Source of the DNA: Thermoplasmata archaeon
GTDB lineage: Archaea; Thermoplasmatota; Thermoplasmata; Lutacidiplasmatales; UBA184
DNA length: 64,000 bases
Assembly: GCA_030040775.1 (NCBI GenBank)
Contig: JASHTB010000009.1
Span: 29,545-93,544 of the forward strand
Direction of reading: 5' to 3'
Part shown: positions 35,618 to 45,691 of the stretch, in pieces
Layout of the letters: each line of letters starts with the position of its first letter
Position numbering within the stretch: position 1 is the stretch's first letter
Notes under the pieces: model-generated
What the model was told of the DNA's origin: nothing
Database searches by the model: none
What the model saw: the letters and a program-made list of their open reading frames with translations, nothing else
Translations under genes and position numbers: made by a program

Positions 35618-36964
35618 CTATCGGCCGCCGATCGGATAGGCCCGGCCGAGCTCGGGAAGCCGGACCCCGGAGACCGCCTCGACGAACGCTTCGGGATGCT
35701 CGGTGTGGACCGGATACACCACGGAGGGACGAACCGAGCGGACGATTTCGAAGAGTTCCGAAGCCGACGCGTGTCCGCTCGCGTGCATCTGGTGGAAAAC
35801 GAGCCCGAAGTGGTCGAGCCAGTTGTGCATCACCCGGTCGTTGATGTCGTCCTCGCTGAACGGCTCGCTCATCGAGTGGATGAACGGCGAGCCTTTCGGA
35901 GGTCGGAGGTCGATCAGCTCCGGAAAATGGACGAGGTCGAGGGAAAGGAGGTAGTTCCGGCCGTGCGCCCGGACCTCCTCCGACGAGAGGGCCTCTTCGA
36001 GGAACGGCCGCTCCCAGAGGTACGTGCGCTTGCGCTTTCGGCCGTAGACCTTGAGGTCGGCCGCGGTCCCCGGCACCGGCACCGTTCCTGGGGGCAGAAG
36101 GGGCGCGACCGAGACGAGGAGGTGCGCGGTTCGGGGCGACACGAGGAGCGTACGTTCGGCGGCGCGCGCGGCCGAGTACAGGGTCGACAACCGGTCAACG
36201 TCCCGAGGATAGGTGCAGGCGAGCGTGAGCGACCGGTGACGCTCGAGGAGCCGGTCGACCTCGCGACGAACCCCCTCCTCCGAAAGATTGCGTCTCGAAT
36301 CCGGGCCGGCGCGCGTCCCCTCGATCACGAGGGCCTCGGGCCGCTCCTCGGCGGCGGCGCGGAAGAAGGCGTGCGTATCGACGGCGCGAGGCCCGTGGTG
36401 ACGGAAATCTCCCGTGTAGACCACCGTCCCCTCGCTGGTTCGGACGAGGAAGCCGTAGGCGAACGGAACGGAGTGGTCGACCGGGTACGGCACTACCTCG
36501 ACCCGGCCGACGCGGACCGGTCTGCGGTCGTCCAGAACGCGCCACGCGTGGTCGCCGTAGCGCATGGGGGTCGAGGTTTCGATCGCGCGGAGCAGCTCGC
36601 GCGTGCCCGAGCCGAGGTAGACCGGGATCGACGGGTCGATTAACTCGAGGTAGCCGGCATGGTCGGCGTGGGCATGGCTGACGAAGACCGCATGGAACTC
36701 GGGCGCCTTCCAGGCCAGGCCGGCATCCGCGAGCGCTTCGCGCGAGTACAGTCCCTCCAGGCGAGGGAGAAGACCGAATTCGAGGAGGTCCTTCGCAGGA
36801 CTCGTCGAGCGGGGTTTGAGGTACTCGACGTAGTACTGCTCCAGCTGCGGGGAGAACGAGGGGCCGAAGTCGAAGAGGAGGCGGTCCGGCCCGTCCTGGA
36901 CCACGACCTTGTTGCCGCCGATCTCACGGACCCCGCCGAGGAAAGTGAGGGTCGGGGTTGCCAT
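35618..36964 (-). CDS. Beta-CASP metallo-beta-lactamase ribonuclease (RNase J-like)
   Basis: EIGGNK, SHAHADH, DHSVP, TGDFR, HASGH, PVHTEH. Confidence 0.88.
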   Translation of the reverse strand: MATPTLTFLGGVREIGGNKVVVQDGPDRLLFDFGPSFSPQLEQYYVEYLKPRSTSPAKDLLEFGLLPRLEGLYSREALADAGLAWKAPEFHAVFVSHAHADHAGYLELIDPSIPVYLGSGTRELLRAIETSTPMRYGDHAWRVLDDRRPVRVGRVEVVPYPVDHSVPFAYGFLVRTSEGTVVYTGDFRHHGPRAVDTHAFFRAAAEERPEALVIEGTRAGPDSRRNLSEEGVRREVDRLLERHRSLTLACTYPRDVDRLSTLYSAARAAERTLLVSPRTAHLLVSVAPLLPPGTVPVPGTAADLKVYGRKRKRTYLWERPFLEEALSSEEVRAHGRNYLLSLDLVHFPELIDLRPPKGSPFIHSMSEPFSEDDINDRVMHNWLDHFGLVFHQMHASGHASASELFEIVRSVRPSVVYPVHTEHPEAFVEAVSGVRLPELGRAYPIGGR

Positions 36965-37082
36965 CGGTCCGCGAGAGTGAACCGCCGCTTTGGCGTTTGG
37001 GGCCGAAGAGCGGAGCGCGGGCTCGGGGGGATGGGAGTTCGGGAAGGGGAAGAGGAGCGCGGGGGCGCTCGCGTCAGGACGC

Positions 37083-37217
37083 CTACCGCGCCTTCAGGAC
37101 CTTCTTGACGTTCGGGTGCTCTTTCGTGAAGATCTTACCGCCACAATTGTCGCATCGGACCCCGAACAGATTGGCGTCCGACGGGAGCGCCTCTCCGCAG
37201 CGAATGCACCGGAACAT
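37083..37217 (-). CDS. rpoP: RNA polymerase subunit P (Rpo12), not in the ORF track
   Basis: MFRCIRCG...VRCDNCGGKIFTKEHPNVKKVLKAR; usual position after rpl37ae. Confidence 0.93.
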   Translation of the reverse strand: MFRCIRCGEALPSDANLFGVRCDNCGGKIFTKEHPNVKKVLKAR

Positions 37218-37243
37218 CGTCTCGTTCGACCGGACCAGGCGAC

Positions 37244-37513
37244 TTAAGCGTTACCGGAAGAGGTCCCCTTCTCGGTCCGCGTGATCGGCGGCGCCGGCGA
37301 AAAGACGTACGCGCCCGAAGCGAACCGCGTCCCGCACCGACGGCACTCGAAGATCCCGCTGGCGACGCGGTGCAGGGTGACGGTCGAGCACCGGGGACAC
37401 GCCGCCTTCTTTGACCGGGCCCGGTCGATCTCGAGGACACGGCGACGGATCCGGATCCCGTAGCGCGGACCCATCCATCCGGTCGGTCCGACCTTCTTCG
37501 TCCGCTTGCTCAT
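37244..37513 (-). CDS. rpl37ae: 50S ribosomal protein L37Ae (eL43)
   Basis: TKKVG..G..GPRYG, CPRC...GIFECRRC. Confidence 0.96.
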   Translation of the reverse strand: MSKRTKKVGPTGWMGPRYGIRIRRRVLEIDRARSKKAACPRCSTVTLHRVASGIFECRRCGTRFASGAYVFSPAPPITRTEKGTSSGNA

Positions 37514-38298
37514 GGTCTGTCCCCTTTCGCGACCGCGCGAAGGCGTTCCCCGTGGACGAGCGCGCGACGGACGACCTCCTTCACGTCGTCCGGGGAGAAC
37601 GCACCGACCAGGCCCTTCTGCATCGCGACGATCCGTCGGGTCTCGTCGGTCGCGACCGTGATACGACCTTGGGCAGCCCGTTCCTCATCGAACGTCGGGT
37701 CGACCACGATCGCGTCGCCGAGGCGAACGAACGTACACTCGATCGGGAAATGCTGCACCTGGAGAGGATAGTCGGCCTCCGCGATGCCGAACCGCTTCGC
37801 CGGGACGGTGGTGTGGGCGAGCGCGCTCACGGCCGCAAGAAGCGAGGCGTCGATCAAGTTTCCCGAGTGGTCGAGAACATGGACGTCCGTGAAGCACGTC
37901 CAGCATTGCTCGGACGGAGTGACGCAGAGGCGTTCGAGGTCGATGGTCTCGGCCGCGCGGATCGCCCGGTCGACCACGCGCGATACCTCGATCGCGCCGG
38001 GTTGAGGAGGACCGGGTTCGAACGTGGGGTTCGAGAGGGGGATGAGCTCGGCGTTGGTCGAGAGGACGCCGGCGTTCGGCGTGTCGGGAAACGGCTTCCC
38101 CGGCTCGAGTTTGATGCCCGCCAGGACCATCGTCTCGCCGAAGTGAACGAGGGCGGAGCCGTCGGCCGAAGCGACGAACCCCGGCTCGACCGTGACCTTC
38201 CGGTACTCGTCCGGCCCGCGGCCGTCGAGGCGCCTACCTTCGGCCGCCAGGTCAAGGATGTGGGTCGTGCGGATCTCGGCCGCGACCTCTTCGCTCAT
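37510..38298 (-). CDS. rrp42: Exosome subunit Rrp42
   Basis: RLDGR, ADGSALV, PFPDTP, FEPGPP, RVVDRAIR, DPTFDEE. Confidence 0.95.
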   Translation of the reverse strand: MSEEVAAEIRTTHILDLAAEGRRLDGRGPDEYRKVTVEPGFVASADGSALVHFGETMVLAGIKLEPGKPFPDTPNAGVLSTNAELIPLSNPTFEPGPPQPGAIEVSRVVDRAIRAAETIDLERLCVTPSEQCWTCFTDVHVLDHSGNLIDASLLAAVSALAHTTVPAKRFGIAEADYPLQVQHFPIECTFVRLGDAIVVDPTFDEERAAQGRITVATDETRRIVAMQKGLVGAFSPDDVKEVVRRALVHGERLRAVAKGDRP

Positions 38299-39047
38299 GC
38301 GGCACCGCCGGAGGGCGGCGTGATCGAGTACCGCTCGCGCAAGGCGGCCTTCATCTTCTCGTAGATCGCCCGACAGCCGCTGACGCCGAGCTCGAGGGCC
38401 TGGGCGAGCTCTTCCTCGGTCATGTGACCCTCCATCTGCAGGAGGACGAGCCGTCCCGACTGCGGTACGAGCGCCATCGGGAGGTCGGCCTCTCCGAAGT
38501 TGTCCTCTTCCTTCCGGAGGTCGAGGGCGATCGCTCCTCCGACCTTCCCGACGGCGACGGCCGGTAGGAGGTCTACCATCGGGATTCCGGCGTCCGCGAG
38601 GGCGACCGACGCGGCGACCAGACCCGCGCAGCGGGTGCCGGCGTTCGCCTGAAGGACCTCGATGTAGACGTCGATGCTCGTCCGGGGGAACTCCTCGGCG
38701 AACACGACCGACTCGAAGGCCTCCGCGATCACCTTCGAGATCTCCTGAGAGCGGCGGTCGAGGCCGGGGCGCTTGCGCTCGTCGACCGAGAACGCCGCCA
38801 TGTTGTAGCGGCACTGGATGACCGCCTTGTTGTTCTGCTGGAGATGGCGCGGGTGGACCTCGCGCGGCCCGTACACCGCGGCCATCACCTTGTTCTGTCC
38901 CCATTCTACGAACGCCGACCCATCGGCCTGGTGGAGCGCTCCCGCCCGGATCTGGATCGGTCGGAGCTCGTCCAGCCGTCTCCCGTCGATCCGCCGGCCG
39001 TCCGGCGTCAAGAGGACGGGTACTTCTTTCGCGCCTACGTTTCCCAT
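38295..39047 (-). CDS. rrp41: Exosome subunit Rrp41
   Basis: RIDGRRLDELRP, VYGPRE, YNMAAFSVDERK, AGTRCA, DNFGEADLP. Confidence 0.97.
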   Translation of the reverse strand: MGNVGAKEVPVLLTPDGRRIDGRRLDELRPIQIRAGALHQADGSAFVEWGQNKVMAAVYGPREVHPRHLQQNNKAVIQCRYNMAAFSVDERKRPGLDRRSQEISKVIAEAFESVVFAEEFPRTSIDVYIEVLQANAGTRCAGLVAASVALADAGIPMVDLLPAVAVGKVGGAIALDLRKEEDNFGEADLPMALVPQSGRLVLLQMEGHMTEEELAQALELGVSGCRAIYEKMKAALRERYSITPPSGGAA

Positions 39048-39076
39048 GGTTCTCTCTCCTGTTTCGTACGAACTCG

Positions 39077-39961
39077 TCAGTCTTGATCGGCCCCGGGTTC
39101 TTCGGGCTCCTCTTCCCCCTCGGGCTCCTCCGCTTCCTCGGGAGTCGCCAGCCCATCGTCCCCTGCGACGAACCGTTCGGCGGGGGGCTCCCGGGGTGCG
39201 CCCCCGAGCTTCGGCTCCTCCCGGCCGCTCTCCGAGGTCGGCAAGGTCGCGAGCAGGTAGCTCTCGACCCGTTCGGTAAGGCCCGGGCGCTGCCCGTCCT
39301 CGTCGATCATCCAGAGGACCGCAGAGACCCGGCGGATCGCGTCAGGACTTCCGCCGACCCAGACCCGGCCGTTCTGCCCCACCGCGACCTGAGCCCCCGT
39401 GTGGCGCGTGATCGTCTGGATCATCGAGCCGCTGCGGCCGACGACGCGCGGGACGCGGGCGGGAGAGACCGTGACGATCGTTCCCCCTTCGAGCTTCCCG
39501 AGCCCTTCGCCGTTCATCGTTACGCCGATCCGGCCGGTCGGGTCGAGGTTCTCGACCTGGACGACCACCGAGTCGCCGACCTTGAGGAACCGCTCCGTCT
39601 CTCCGACCTCGACCTTCCACGGAGTGCCGGTCATGTGCAGAGGAGCCCATCGCGGCGCGCCGATGTCGAGCAGCCAGAACGTCGACTGGACGTCTGCGAC
39701 CGTCCCGATGACCACGTCGCGGGGTCTCGGGATATACCGTCCGGAGAGGGGGATCACCTGGACGAACGGGGGCCGGGGGGAGAGCAGGCCGAGGATGCTC
39801 GCGTAGACCTTGCCGCCCACCCGATACGTTCCGGGTCCCGGTTTCAGGCCCTGGCTCGGGATCTCTTCGCCGGGGAGAACTAGCACCCGCTCCCCCGACG
39901 CGGGCGAGGGACCTCCCTCGCGGCCACGACGTCGGTGGCCGGGCCGATGGCCTCGTGACAT
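39077..39961 (-). CDS. rrp4: Exosome RNA-binding subunit Rrp4
   Basis: YIPRPRDVVIG S1 domain; KH motif RVVGRSGSMI, VGQNGRVW, GLT. Confidence 0.94.
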   Translation of the reverse strand: MSRGHRPGHRRRGREGGPSPASGERVLVLPGEEIPSQGLKPGPGTYRVGGKVYASILGLLSPRPPFVQVIPLSGRYIPRPRDVVIGTVADVQSTFWLLDIGAPRWAPLHMTGTPWKVEVGETERFLKVGDSVVVQVENLDPTGRIGVTMNGEGLGKLEGGTIVTVSPARVPRVVGRSGSMIQTITRHTGAQVAVGQNGRVWVGGSPDAIRRVSAVLWMIDEDGQRPGLTERVESYLLATLPTSESGREEPKLGGAPREPPAERFVAGDDGLATPEEAEEPEGEEEPEEPGADQD

Positions 39962-39997
39962 GATGTTGGCTGCACCGGCGCGCTCGACAGAGGTGGC

Positions 39998-40693
39998 CTA
40001 TTTAACCAAAGCGGTCTCGGCGACACCCTTCGTGCGCGCGCTCAGTTTCTCGTAGAGCTCCGTCTGAATCCCGGCGGGAATTTCGACGATCCCGTTCCAC
40101 GCTCCGTCCGAGAGCCATTGCTCCTCGACGATTCGGCCGAGGCCCTTGATCTCGCCGATGACCCGGGGGTAGAACTGACCGGGGATCTTGATCTTCACCT
40201 TGACGACATCGAGACGGATCGGGATCAGCGGGCGCAGCTTGGCGAGCACCTCCTGGACCTGAGCGTCGACCGGTCTGAACGGGTCGATGTGCACCTTCGC
40301 CTCGGCCATCGCCGACTCGATGCGCGCCGGCGGGTGCGGGGCTCCGGTCTGCGGGTTCATCGCGTTCCGAGCGATCAAGGAGACGATCTGCTTGCGCTTC
40401 GACTCCTGGAGTTCGTGCCGCTGCTCGGTGGTGACCTGGACCTCTCCCTTGAGGACGATCTGCTTGGCGATCTCCGCGAGATTGCGGGTGTGGAACGTCC
40501 GTTCAAGATGCTCCTCGCTGATCTTGTCGCCCTTCTTCGCGTCCTTGAAGACCTGGTCGAGGGCGAGCTTGTCGGAGAGGTCGACGTCCTTGCCGTCCTT
40601 GAGGTCCTGGACCGCTCGAGGGTCGACCAGCACCTCGAAGCGCGAGCCCCCCGTTTCCCAGCGGGCGATGACGGCTTCCTCGACGGTGACCAC
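39998..40693 (-). CDS. Ribosome maturation factor SBDS/Sdo1
   Basis: RFEVLVDP, FKDAKKG, KGEVQVTTEQR, PHPPARIESAM. Confidence 0.96.
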   Translation of the reverse strand: MVTVEEAVIARWETGGSRFEVLVDPRAVQDLKDGKDVDLSDKLALDQVFKDAKKGDKISEEHLERTFHTRNLAEIAKQIVLKGEVQVTTEQRHELQESKRKQIVSLIARNAMNPQTGAPHPPARIESAMAEAKVHIDPFRPVDAQVQEVLAKLRPLIPIRLDVVKVKIKIPGQFYPRVIGEIKGLGRIVEEQWLSDGAWNGIVEIPAGIQTELYEKLSARTKGVAETALVK

Positions 40694-40719
40694 GGCGGAC
40701 CGCCCCGGACGAGGCGGAC

Positions 40720-41475
40720 CTACGCGCGCGCGCTCTTACCCGTTCCGCCCGCCGGCGGGAGGCGCGCGACGTACCGTTGGATCTCGTCGGTCGCGAGGCG
40801 GGTCATCCCGACGCGCTGCTCGACCGTGCAGACCTCGACCTGCGAGAGGCTTCCGCCCTCGTCCAGGCCGGCGCGCAGTCCCTCGAGGGCGAGGAGGATC
40901 GCGCTGTCCCGGTCGATTCCCGGGCGGTACTTCTGCTCGAACAGCTCCATGACGGGGCTTTTGTTGCCCCCGGTGCTCGCCGCCTTGAAGCTCGTGAGCG
41001 AACCGGACGGCTCGGTTTCGAACAGGTGGATGCCGGCCTCATCGTAGCCGCCCACGAGAAGCGCGGTCCCGAACGGGCGGACACCGCCGAACTGGGTGTA
41101 CTGCTGCTTGTAGTCGCAGATCCGTCGGACGAGGAGCTCGACCGACATCGGCTCGGCGTAGGTAACGCGGTTGACCTGGGCCGATAGCCGGGCGTAGTCG
41201 ACGAGGACGCGGGCGTCCGCGACCAGGCCGGCGGTAGCGCAGGCGATGTTCTCGTCGATCTGGTGGATTTTTTCGAGGCTGGACGGCTCAGCGAGCTTGG
41301 GGTTCGGGATCCTTCGGTCGGCGATGAGCACGACCCCGTCCGTGTAGACGACCCCCGCGGTGGTCGCGCCCCGCCGGACGGCCTCGCGAGCGTACTCCAC
41401 CTGAAAGAGCCGCCCGTCGGGCGAGAAGACGGTGATTGCCCGGTCGTAGGCCATCTGGCCCGGCTGCATCTCCAT
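40720..41475 (-). CDS. psmA: Proteasome subunit alpha
   Basis: YDRAITVFSPDGRLFQVEYAREAV, GGVRPFG. Confidence 0.98.
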   Translation of the reverse strand: MEMQPGQMAYDRAITVFSPDGRLFQVEYAREAVRRGATTAGVVYTDGVVLIADRRIPNPKLAEPSSLEKIHQIDENIACATAGLVADARVLVDYARLSAQVNRVTYAEPMSVELLVRRICDYKQQYTQFGGVRPFGTALLVGGYDEAGIHLFETEPSGSLTSFKAASTGGNKSPVMELFEQKYRPGIDRDSAILLALEGLRAGLDEGGSLSQVEVCTVEQRVGMTRLATDEIQRYVARLPPAGGTGKSARA

Positions 41476-41509
41476 CGCGAACGCCTCGGGCCGGCCACTG
41501 AGGTGGGCC

Positions 41510-41515
41510 TTATAA
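41510..41515. promoter_or_regulatory. TATA box (TTATAA) between divergent psmA and the YyaL-like gene
   Basis: Palindromic TTATAA in GC-rich context. Confidence 0.65.
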
Positions 41516-41630
41516 CGAGGACCCGGGCAGTAACGCGCTCGTCAGCCGGTTACGGAAGGACCGACGCATCCGCCGTCTCCAGACCGTCACTTCCGACAAC
41601 CGTAAGAGGCGAGGGAGGGGGTACGCGCGC

Positions 41631-43745
41631 ATGGTGTCGGCGTCGGGCTCGGAAACTCCCCGTAGGGAATCCCGACTGCGGTCCTCGCCTTCCGCGTACC
41701 TGCGCTCGGCGGCCGAACAGCCGATCGACTGGCATCCGTGGGGTCTCGAGCCGTTCACCCTCGCAAAGCGAACCAACCGACCCATCCTGCTCGACGTCGG
41801 AGCCTCCTGGTGCCATTGGTGTCACGTGATGGACGAAGGAACCTACGCCGACCCCGAGGTCGCCCGGCTCCTCGCTCAGGGGTTCGTCGCGGTGAAGGTC
41901 GACCGGGACCAGAACCCCGAGGTCGACCGGCGGTACCAGCGTCAGGTCGGAGCCCTGACGGGAGAAGGCGGTTGGCCGCTCACCGGCTTTCTCACGCCCG
42001 ACGGGGAGGTCTTCCTCGGAGGGACGTACTTCCCTCCAACCGACGGGCACGGCCGTCCCGGATTCCGCCGCGTCTTGAGCGAGGTCGCCCGGCTGTGGCG
42101 CGAAGAACCCGAGCGGATCCGCGAGAACACGAAGGCTCTCCGGGACGCACTGGAGAGGATGCGGGCCGGTCGGTCGGACTCCGACCGCTCGCGCGACGGG
42201 TTCATCGCGGGTGTCCGGGCCGATCTCTCGTCGAGCTACGACCCGGTGCACGGCGGCTTCGGATTGGCACCGAAGTTCCCCCACCCGACCGCGGTGTCGT
42301 TCCTCCTCTGGGACGCGTTCGCCCACCCCAGTTCGAACAGCGCCGAGCGCGCTCGAGAGACGCTTTTCCGTATGGCGGACGGCGGGCTCTACGACCAGGT
42401 CGGCGGTGGTTTCCACCGCTACTCGGTCGACGAAAGCTGGCACATCCCGCACTTTGAGAAGATGGGCGTCGACAACGCGGCCCTTCTGGCCGCGTACACC
42501 GAGGGAGCCCAGCGGTTCGACGACCCAAGGCTGACCGAGGTGGTGCGGGGGACCCTCGGATGGGTCCGGGAGGTCCTCCAGGACCCGCTCGGAGGGTTCG
42601 GCGCGAGCCAGGATGCCGACAACGCGCCGGGCGACGATGGGAGCTACTTCACCTGGAGTCGGGCCGAGCTCAAGGAGATCCTACCGCCGGAAGAGGCGCG
42701 GCTCGTGACCCGATTCTTCGGGGTGGGAACGGACGGTCGGATGCCTAACGACCCGGAAGAGAATGTTCTGTTCCGGTTACTGCCTCTTAAGGAAGCGGCC
42801 GAAGGACTGAACCTGAGCGGTACGCCCGAGGCGACGCTCGAGAGAGCGTTGGCTACGATGCGCGCTGAGCGCGCCCGTCGGCCGGTCCCTTCGGTGGACC
42901 GCGCGGTCTACTCAGACATCAACGGCCGGTTCATCGGGGCCCTCGCCCGCTCGGGCGCGTTCCTCGGAGACGCCGCGGTCGTCGCGGACGCGAAGCGAGC
43001 GGCCGACCGTCTCCTGAAGGAGGCGTTTTCGCCGGACCGAGGGGTCGCCCACCGGCTCGACCCCACCGGGGCACGCGGGTACGGCCTGCTCGAGGACCAG
43101 GTCGCGGTCGCGGCCGGGCTGATCGAACTCGCGGGGGTGACCGCGCGCGCCGACTATCTCGCGCCCGCCCTTCGCCTGCTCGAGGTCATCGACCGCGAGT
43201 TTCGCGGGGAAGACGGTCTCCTCCGAGACCTCTCGCCTGCCCTCTACGACGGAGCCGCCATCGGCGGAATGACCGAGCCGTCGTACCCTCTCGAGGACAG
43301 CCCGCACCTTTCGGCGAACGCCCAAGCCGCGCTTGCCTTCCTAAGGACCTCCTCGTTGGTCCACGACGAGCGTTGGAGAGAGAGGGCCCTCGCCCTCCTC
43401 GCTCCCATCGCTTCCCGGATCGGAGGCGCCGGGATCTTCGCGGCGGGCTCGGCGCTCGCCGCGGGCCTCGCCACCGTTCCTCCGGCGACCGTGGTCGTCG
43501 AGGGCTCGGGGGAGAGGGCTCGCGATCTGCTCCTCGCGGCCCGGCGTTGCTGGCATCCAAACGTCTGGGTGTTCGGAGGGCGCCCACCGGAACCGTTCTC
43601 GCTTCCGGTCGAGCTCGAGACGGTAACCCCTTCTTCCGAGCCGAGGGCCCTCGTTTGCTTCGGGACCGTATGCGCTCCGCCCGTTACGGAACCCTCCGAG
43701 CTTCGGGCCCTTCTAGCGACGGGGCCGAAGGTACCGGTGGCCTAG
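41631..43745 (+). CDS. Thioredoxin-domain protein of the YyaL/SSP411 family
   Basis: WCHWCHVM, VKVDRD, GGWPLT, GGFGLAPKFP, GGGFHRYSVD..W.IPHFEKM. Confidence 0.93.
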   Translation: MVSASGSETPRRESRLRSSPSAYLRSAAEQPIDWHPWGLEPFTLAKRTNRPILLDVGASWCHWCHVMDEGTYADPEVARLLAQGFVAVKVDRDQNPEVDRRYQRQVGALTGEGGWPLTGFLTPDGEVFLGGTYFPPTDGHGRPGFRRVLSEVARLWREEPERIRENTKALRDALERMRAGRSDSDRSRDGFIAGVRADLSSSYDPVHGGFGLAPKFPHPTAVSFLLWDAFAHPSSNSAERARETLFRMADGGLYDQVGGGFHRYSVDESWHIPHFEKMGVDNAALLAAYTEGAQRFDDPRLTEVVRGTLGWVREVLQDPLGGFGASQDADNAPGDDGSYFTWSRAELKEILPPEEARLVTRFFGVGTDGRMPNDPEENVLFRLLPLKEAAEGLNLSGTPEATLERALATMRAERARRPVPSVDRAVYSDINGRFIGALARSGAFLGDAAVVADAKRAADRLLKEAFSPDRGVAHRLDPTGARGYGLLEDQVAVAAGLIELAGVTARADYLAPALRLLEVIDREFRGEDGLLRDLSPALYDGAAIGGMTEPSYPLEDSPHLSANAQAALAFLRTSSLVHDERWRERALALLAPIASRIGGAGIFAAGSALAAGLATVPPATVVVEGSGERARDLLLAARRCWHPNVWVFGGRPPEPFSLPVELETVTPSSEPRALVCFGTVCAPPVTEPSELRALLATGPKVPVA

Positions 43746-44523
43746 GAAGTGGGCCGAGGTCGGTCCCGTCCAGTAAGTAGGCCCGGGGCGTCCCGCGCAG
43801 GAGGAACCGTTGGTAGAGGAACGACCGGCCCCGCGCCGGCCGGTTCCGGTTGAGCGCCTCGACGCCCGCGAGCGGATGGAACGCGGGGACGATCACGAGC
43901 TCTCGGGCCGCCATCTCCGCCCGACCCCTACGTCGCCGGCTCGGAGGAGGCGAAGCGGGGAGCTCTACCCGCACCCAGCACCGGCGCTTTCCTTCCGGAT
44001 CGTCCGGGGTCGGAGCGAGACGGAACCCCGGATGGAGGTGCCCGGCGATGAGCTGGCGCGCGCTCAGGAGCTCCTTCGAGGGCCATCGGTGGCCGTGGAA
44101 GACGCCGACGCCCTCCCGCAGAACCCCTCCGGACGGATGGACTGCGACCTCGCGGGGCAGGTGCGAAACGATGCCCACATCGTGATTGCCCAGGACGAGC
44201 TCGACGGGAATCCCTTCTCCCAGGACCTGGGCGAAGAAACCGAAGACCACCGGGCGGAGCGGAGCCGGAGTGCCGACGATCGGATGCTTCGCGTCCCCGG
44301 CGATGAGGACGGTGTCGGCCTGGGCGGTCTTCACGATCCCCACGAGGTCGTCCGCGAGGCGGCGGGCGAACCCCTCCGGGGGTCCCTCAGGGTGAGCGCG
44401 CGTCCCCCCGATGCCGAGGTGGAGGTCGGCGATCACGACGGTGCGCGGATGGGTCCGATCGGCAGGCTCGATGACGAGCGCCGGGGACCCAGGGACCGGG
44501 ACGAGGCGGGCGTCCACGGCCAC
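43684..44523 (-). CDS. Calcineurin-like metallophosphoesterase
   Basis: ADLHLG, GDAKH, GNHD, HGH, GHLHP, PAF. Confidence 0.88.
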   Translation of the reverse strand: MAVDARLVPVPGSPALVIEPADRTHPRTVVIADLHLGIGGTRAHPEGPPEGFARRLADDLVGIVKTAQADTVLIAGDAKHPIVGTPAPLRPVVFGFFAQVLGEGIPVELVLGNHDVGIVSHLPREVAVHPSGGVLREGVGVFHGHRWPSKELLSARQLIAGHLHPGFRLAPTPDDPEGKRRCWVRVELPASPPPSRRRRGRAEMAARELVIVPAFHPLAGVEALNRNRPARGRSFLYQRFLLRGTPRAYLLDGTDLGPLPRPPVPSAPSLEGPEARRVP

Positions 44524-44704
44524 TGCGACCCCTCGAAGGCCATGAGGGTTCGCGTGAGGGCGGCGTCGACCTGCCGGAGGCGCGTACTCCTCGAGCCCCC
44601 GCCCCTCTCGGAACTCCGGGGTCGTCCCGGCGCGCTCTCGAGAGGCGCGGGCGTGCCCATTTATATACGAGCGGTAAATCGTTTCTGTGAGAACGAGGGG
44701 GGAG

Positions 44705-45691
44705 ATGGCGGGCCAGAGGGATCGGTCGATCGAGCGGGTTCGGTTCCTGCTCGAGCGGGCCGGGTTTTACGTCGCGGACACCCACGGGACGCGGCCGTCT
44801 AGCTTCGACCTCGCCGCCCGGCGCGACGCGACCCTCCTCTTGGTCAAGGTACTGAAGAACATCGATGCTCTGGACGCTGAGGAGGCGCGCCGGCTCGGAG
44901 AGCTCGGCGGGCTGTTCCCGGCGATCGCCCTCGTGATCGGTAGGACCTCGGGCGCGGCGGAGCTCGAGGCGGGCGTCGTGTACACTCGATATGGGATCCC
45001 GATCATCAACGAGGGGACCCTCACGGAGTTCCTCGAGAAGGCCCTTCCTCCGTTCCTCTATGCGAGCCCCGGCGGAACCTTCGCGCGGGTGGACGGTGCG
45101 CGTCTGAGGACCCTCAGGGTCGCGCACGGCCTCTCTCTGGGGACGCTCGCCAGCGTGGCCGGCGTCTCCCGGCGTGCCATCCAGCTCTACGAAGAGGGAG
45201 CGGGCGCGGAGATCACGGTCATCGACCGGATCGAGACGTACCTCGGGGAACCGGTCGTCCGACCGCTCGACCTGTTCGAGACGCCTCGCCCGAGGTCCCG
45301 CTCGTCCGCCCAAGAGGAGGGTCCTTCGCACGGTGCGCCCGGAGAGCGGACCGTGCCTCCGACCGGCGACCCGTGGCGGGACGGAGTCCTGCAGCAGCTG
45401 GACGGTCTCGGTATGGAGGTGACGGTGAACATGCGCGCCCCGTTCGACGCGCTTGGCCGCACGCCGGACATCCTGCTCGCCGCGATCGGGAGCCTGCGCA
45501 CGGCGCTGCACCGGGCCGAGATGCTGCACGGCCTCGCCCGGGTCGCGGAAGGTCACGCGATGTTCGTCGTGCGCGAGAACGTCCACCGGCCGTCGATCGG
45601 CGGGCTCGCGGTCCTGAACGCCTCCGAGCTCCGCCGGCACCGAGACCCGGACGAGCTCTTGGTCGAGGTCTCCGAACGAGAACGCCCGTGA
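44705..45691 (+). CDS. Archaeal HTH transcriptional regulator (nuclease-like N-domain plus Xre HTH)
   Basis: SFDLAARR..LLLVKVLKNID, GVVYTRYG, SLGTLASVAGVSRRAIQLYEEG; TTTATATA at about 44660. Confidence 0.9.
   Translation: MAGQRDRSIERVRFLLERAGFYVADTHGTRPSSFDLAARRDATLLLVKVLKNIDALDAEEARRLGELGGLFPAIALVIGRTSGAAELEAGVVYTRYGIPIINEGTLTEFLEKALPPFLYASPGGTFARVDGARLRTLRVAHGLSLGTLASVAGVSRRAIQLYEEGAGAEITVIDRIETYLGEPVVRPLDLFETPRPRSRSSAQEEGPSHGAPGERTVPPTGDPWRDGVLQQLDGLGMEVTVNMRAPFDALGRTPDILLAAIGSLRTALHRAEMLHGLARVAEGHAMFVVRENVHRPSIGGLAVLNASELRRHRDPDELLVEVSERERP

Noticed and set aside
41510-41785. 91-aa minus-strand ORF or C/D box sRNA upstream of psmA
   Set aside because: The ORF overlaps the YyaL-like gene and lacks motifs. 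Only a degenerate C box (GTGACGG) and one CTGA are present, with no recognisable target.
44524-44660. Hairpin and short ORF upstream of the metallophosphoesterase
   Set aside because: A single GC-rich hairpin is unremarkable at this composition, and the ORF has no coding support.
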